Source: Octopus sinensis (taxonomy: Eukaryota). Taken from it: a stretch of 64,000 nt of DNA. Positions within the stretch are counted from its first letter, which is position 1. Each line of letters opens with the position of its first letter. The position numbers and the translations under genes were made by a program. The notes beneath the pieces were generated by a model. The model did not search any database and was not told where the DNA came from. It saw nothing but the letters and a program-made list of their open reading frames with translations. Below, one piece after another: positions 63,500-64,000 of the stretch. The stretch spans positions 20,274,001-20,338,000 of the forward strand of contig NC_043005.1 in assembly GCF_006345805.1 (NCBI RefSeq), in the 5' to 3' direction.

Positions 63500-64000
<501 letters not shown>

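Overview
AT-rich, microsatellite-dense eukaryotic genomic DNA. It is most likely an octopus/coleoid cephalopod, inferred from the SINE/LINE repertoire and (TA)n density. Almost all ORFs in the supplied track are spurious or transposon-derived; the real genes are spliced and were assembled by hand from GT-AG sites and phase continuity. Three + strand protein-coding genes are supported. (1) An unrecognised 4-coding-exon gene (526-8482) encodes a 142-aa protein with a signal peptide, 4 mature Cys and a GRKR site. (2) NDUFAF2/mimitin has 6 coding exons (13919-33550, 154 aa). (3) SMIM15 has a single coding exon (40864-41097, 77 aa). NDUFAF2 and SMIM15 are also neighbours in human, suggesting ancient microsynteny. 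The rest is transposon-derived: RTE and CR1-type LINE fragments, full-length mariner and Chapaev3 elements, Tc1, a Helitron, hAT/pogo MITEs, tRNA-derived SINEs and a zinc-knuckle ORF1-like frame with no ORF2. There are also several Penelope-like remnants carrying type I hammerhead ribozyme motifs (one apparently intact at 53756-53813), a GIY-YIG nuclease split by a ~127-aa insert, and three long palindromes, one directly upstream of NDUFAF2.
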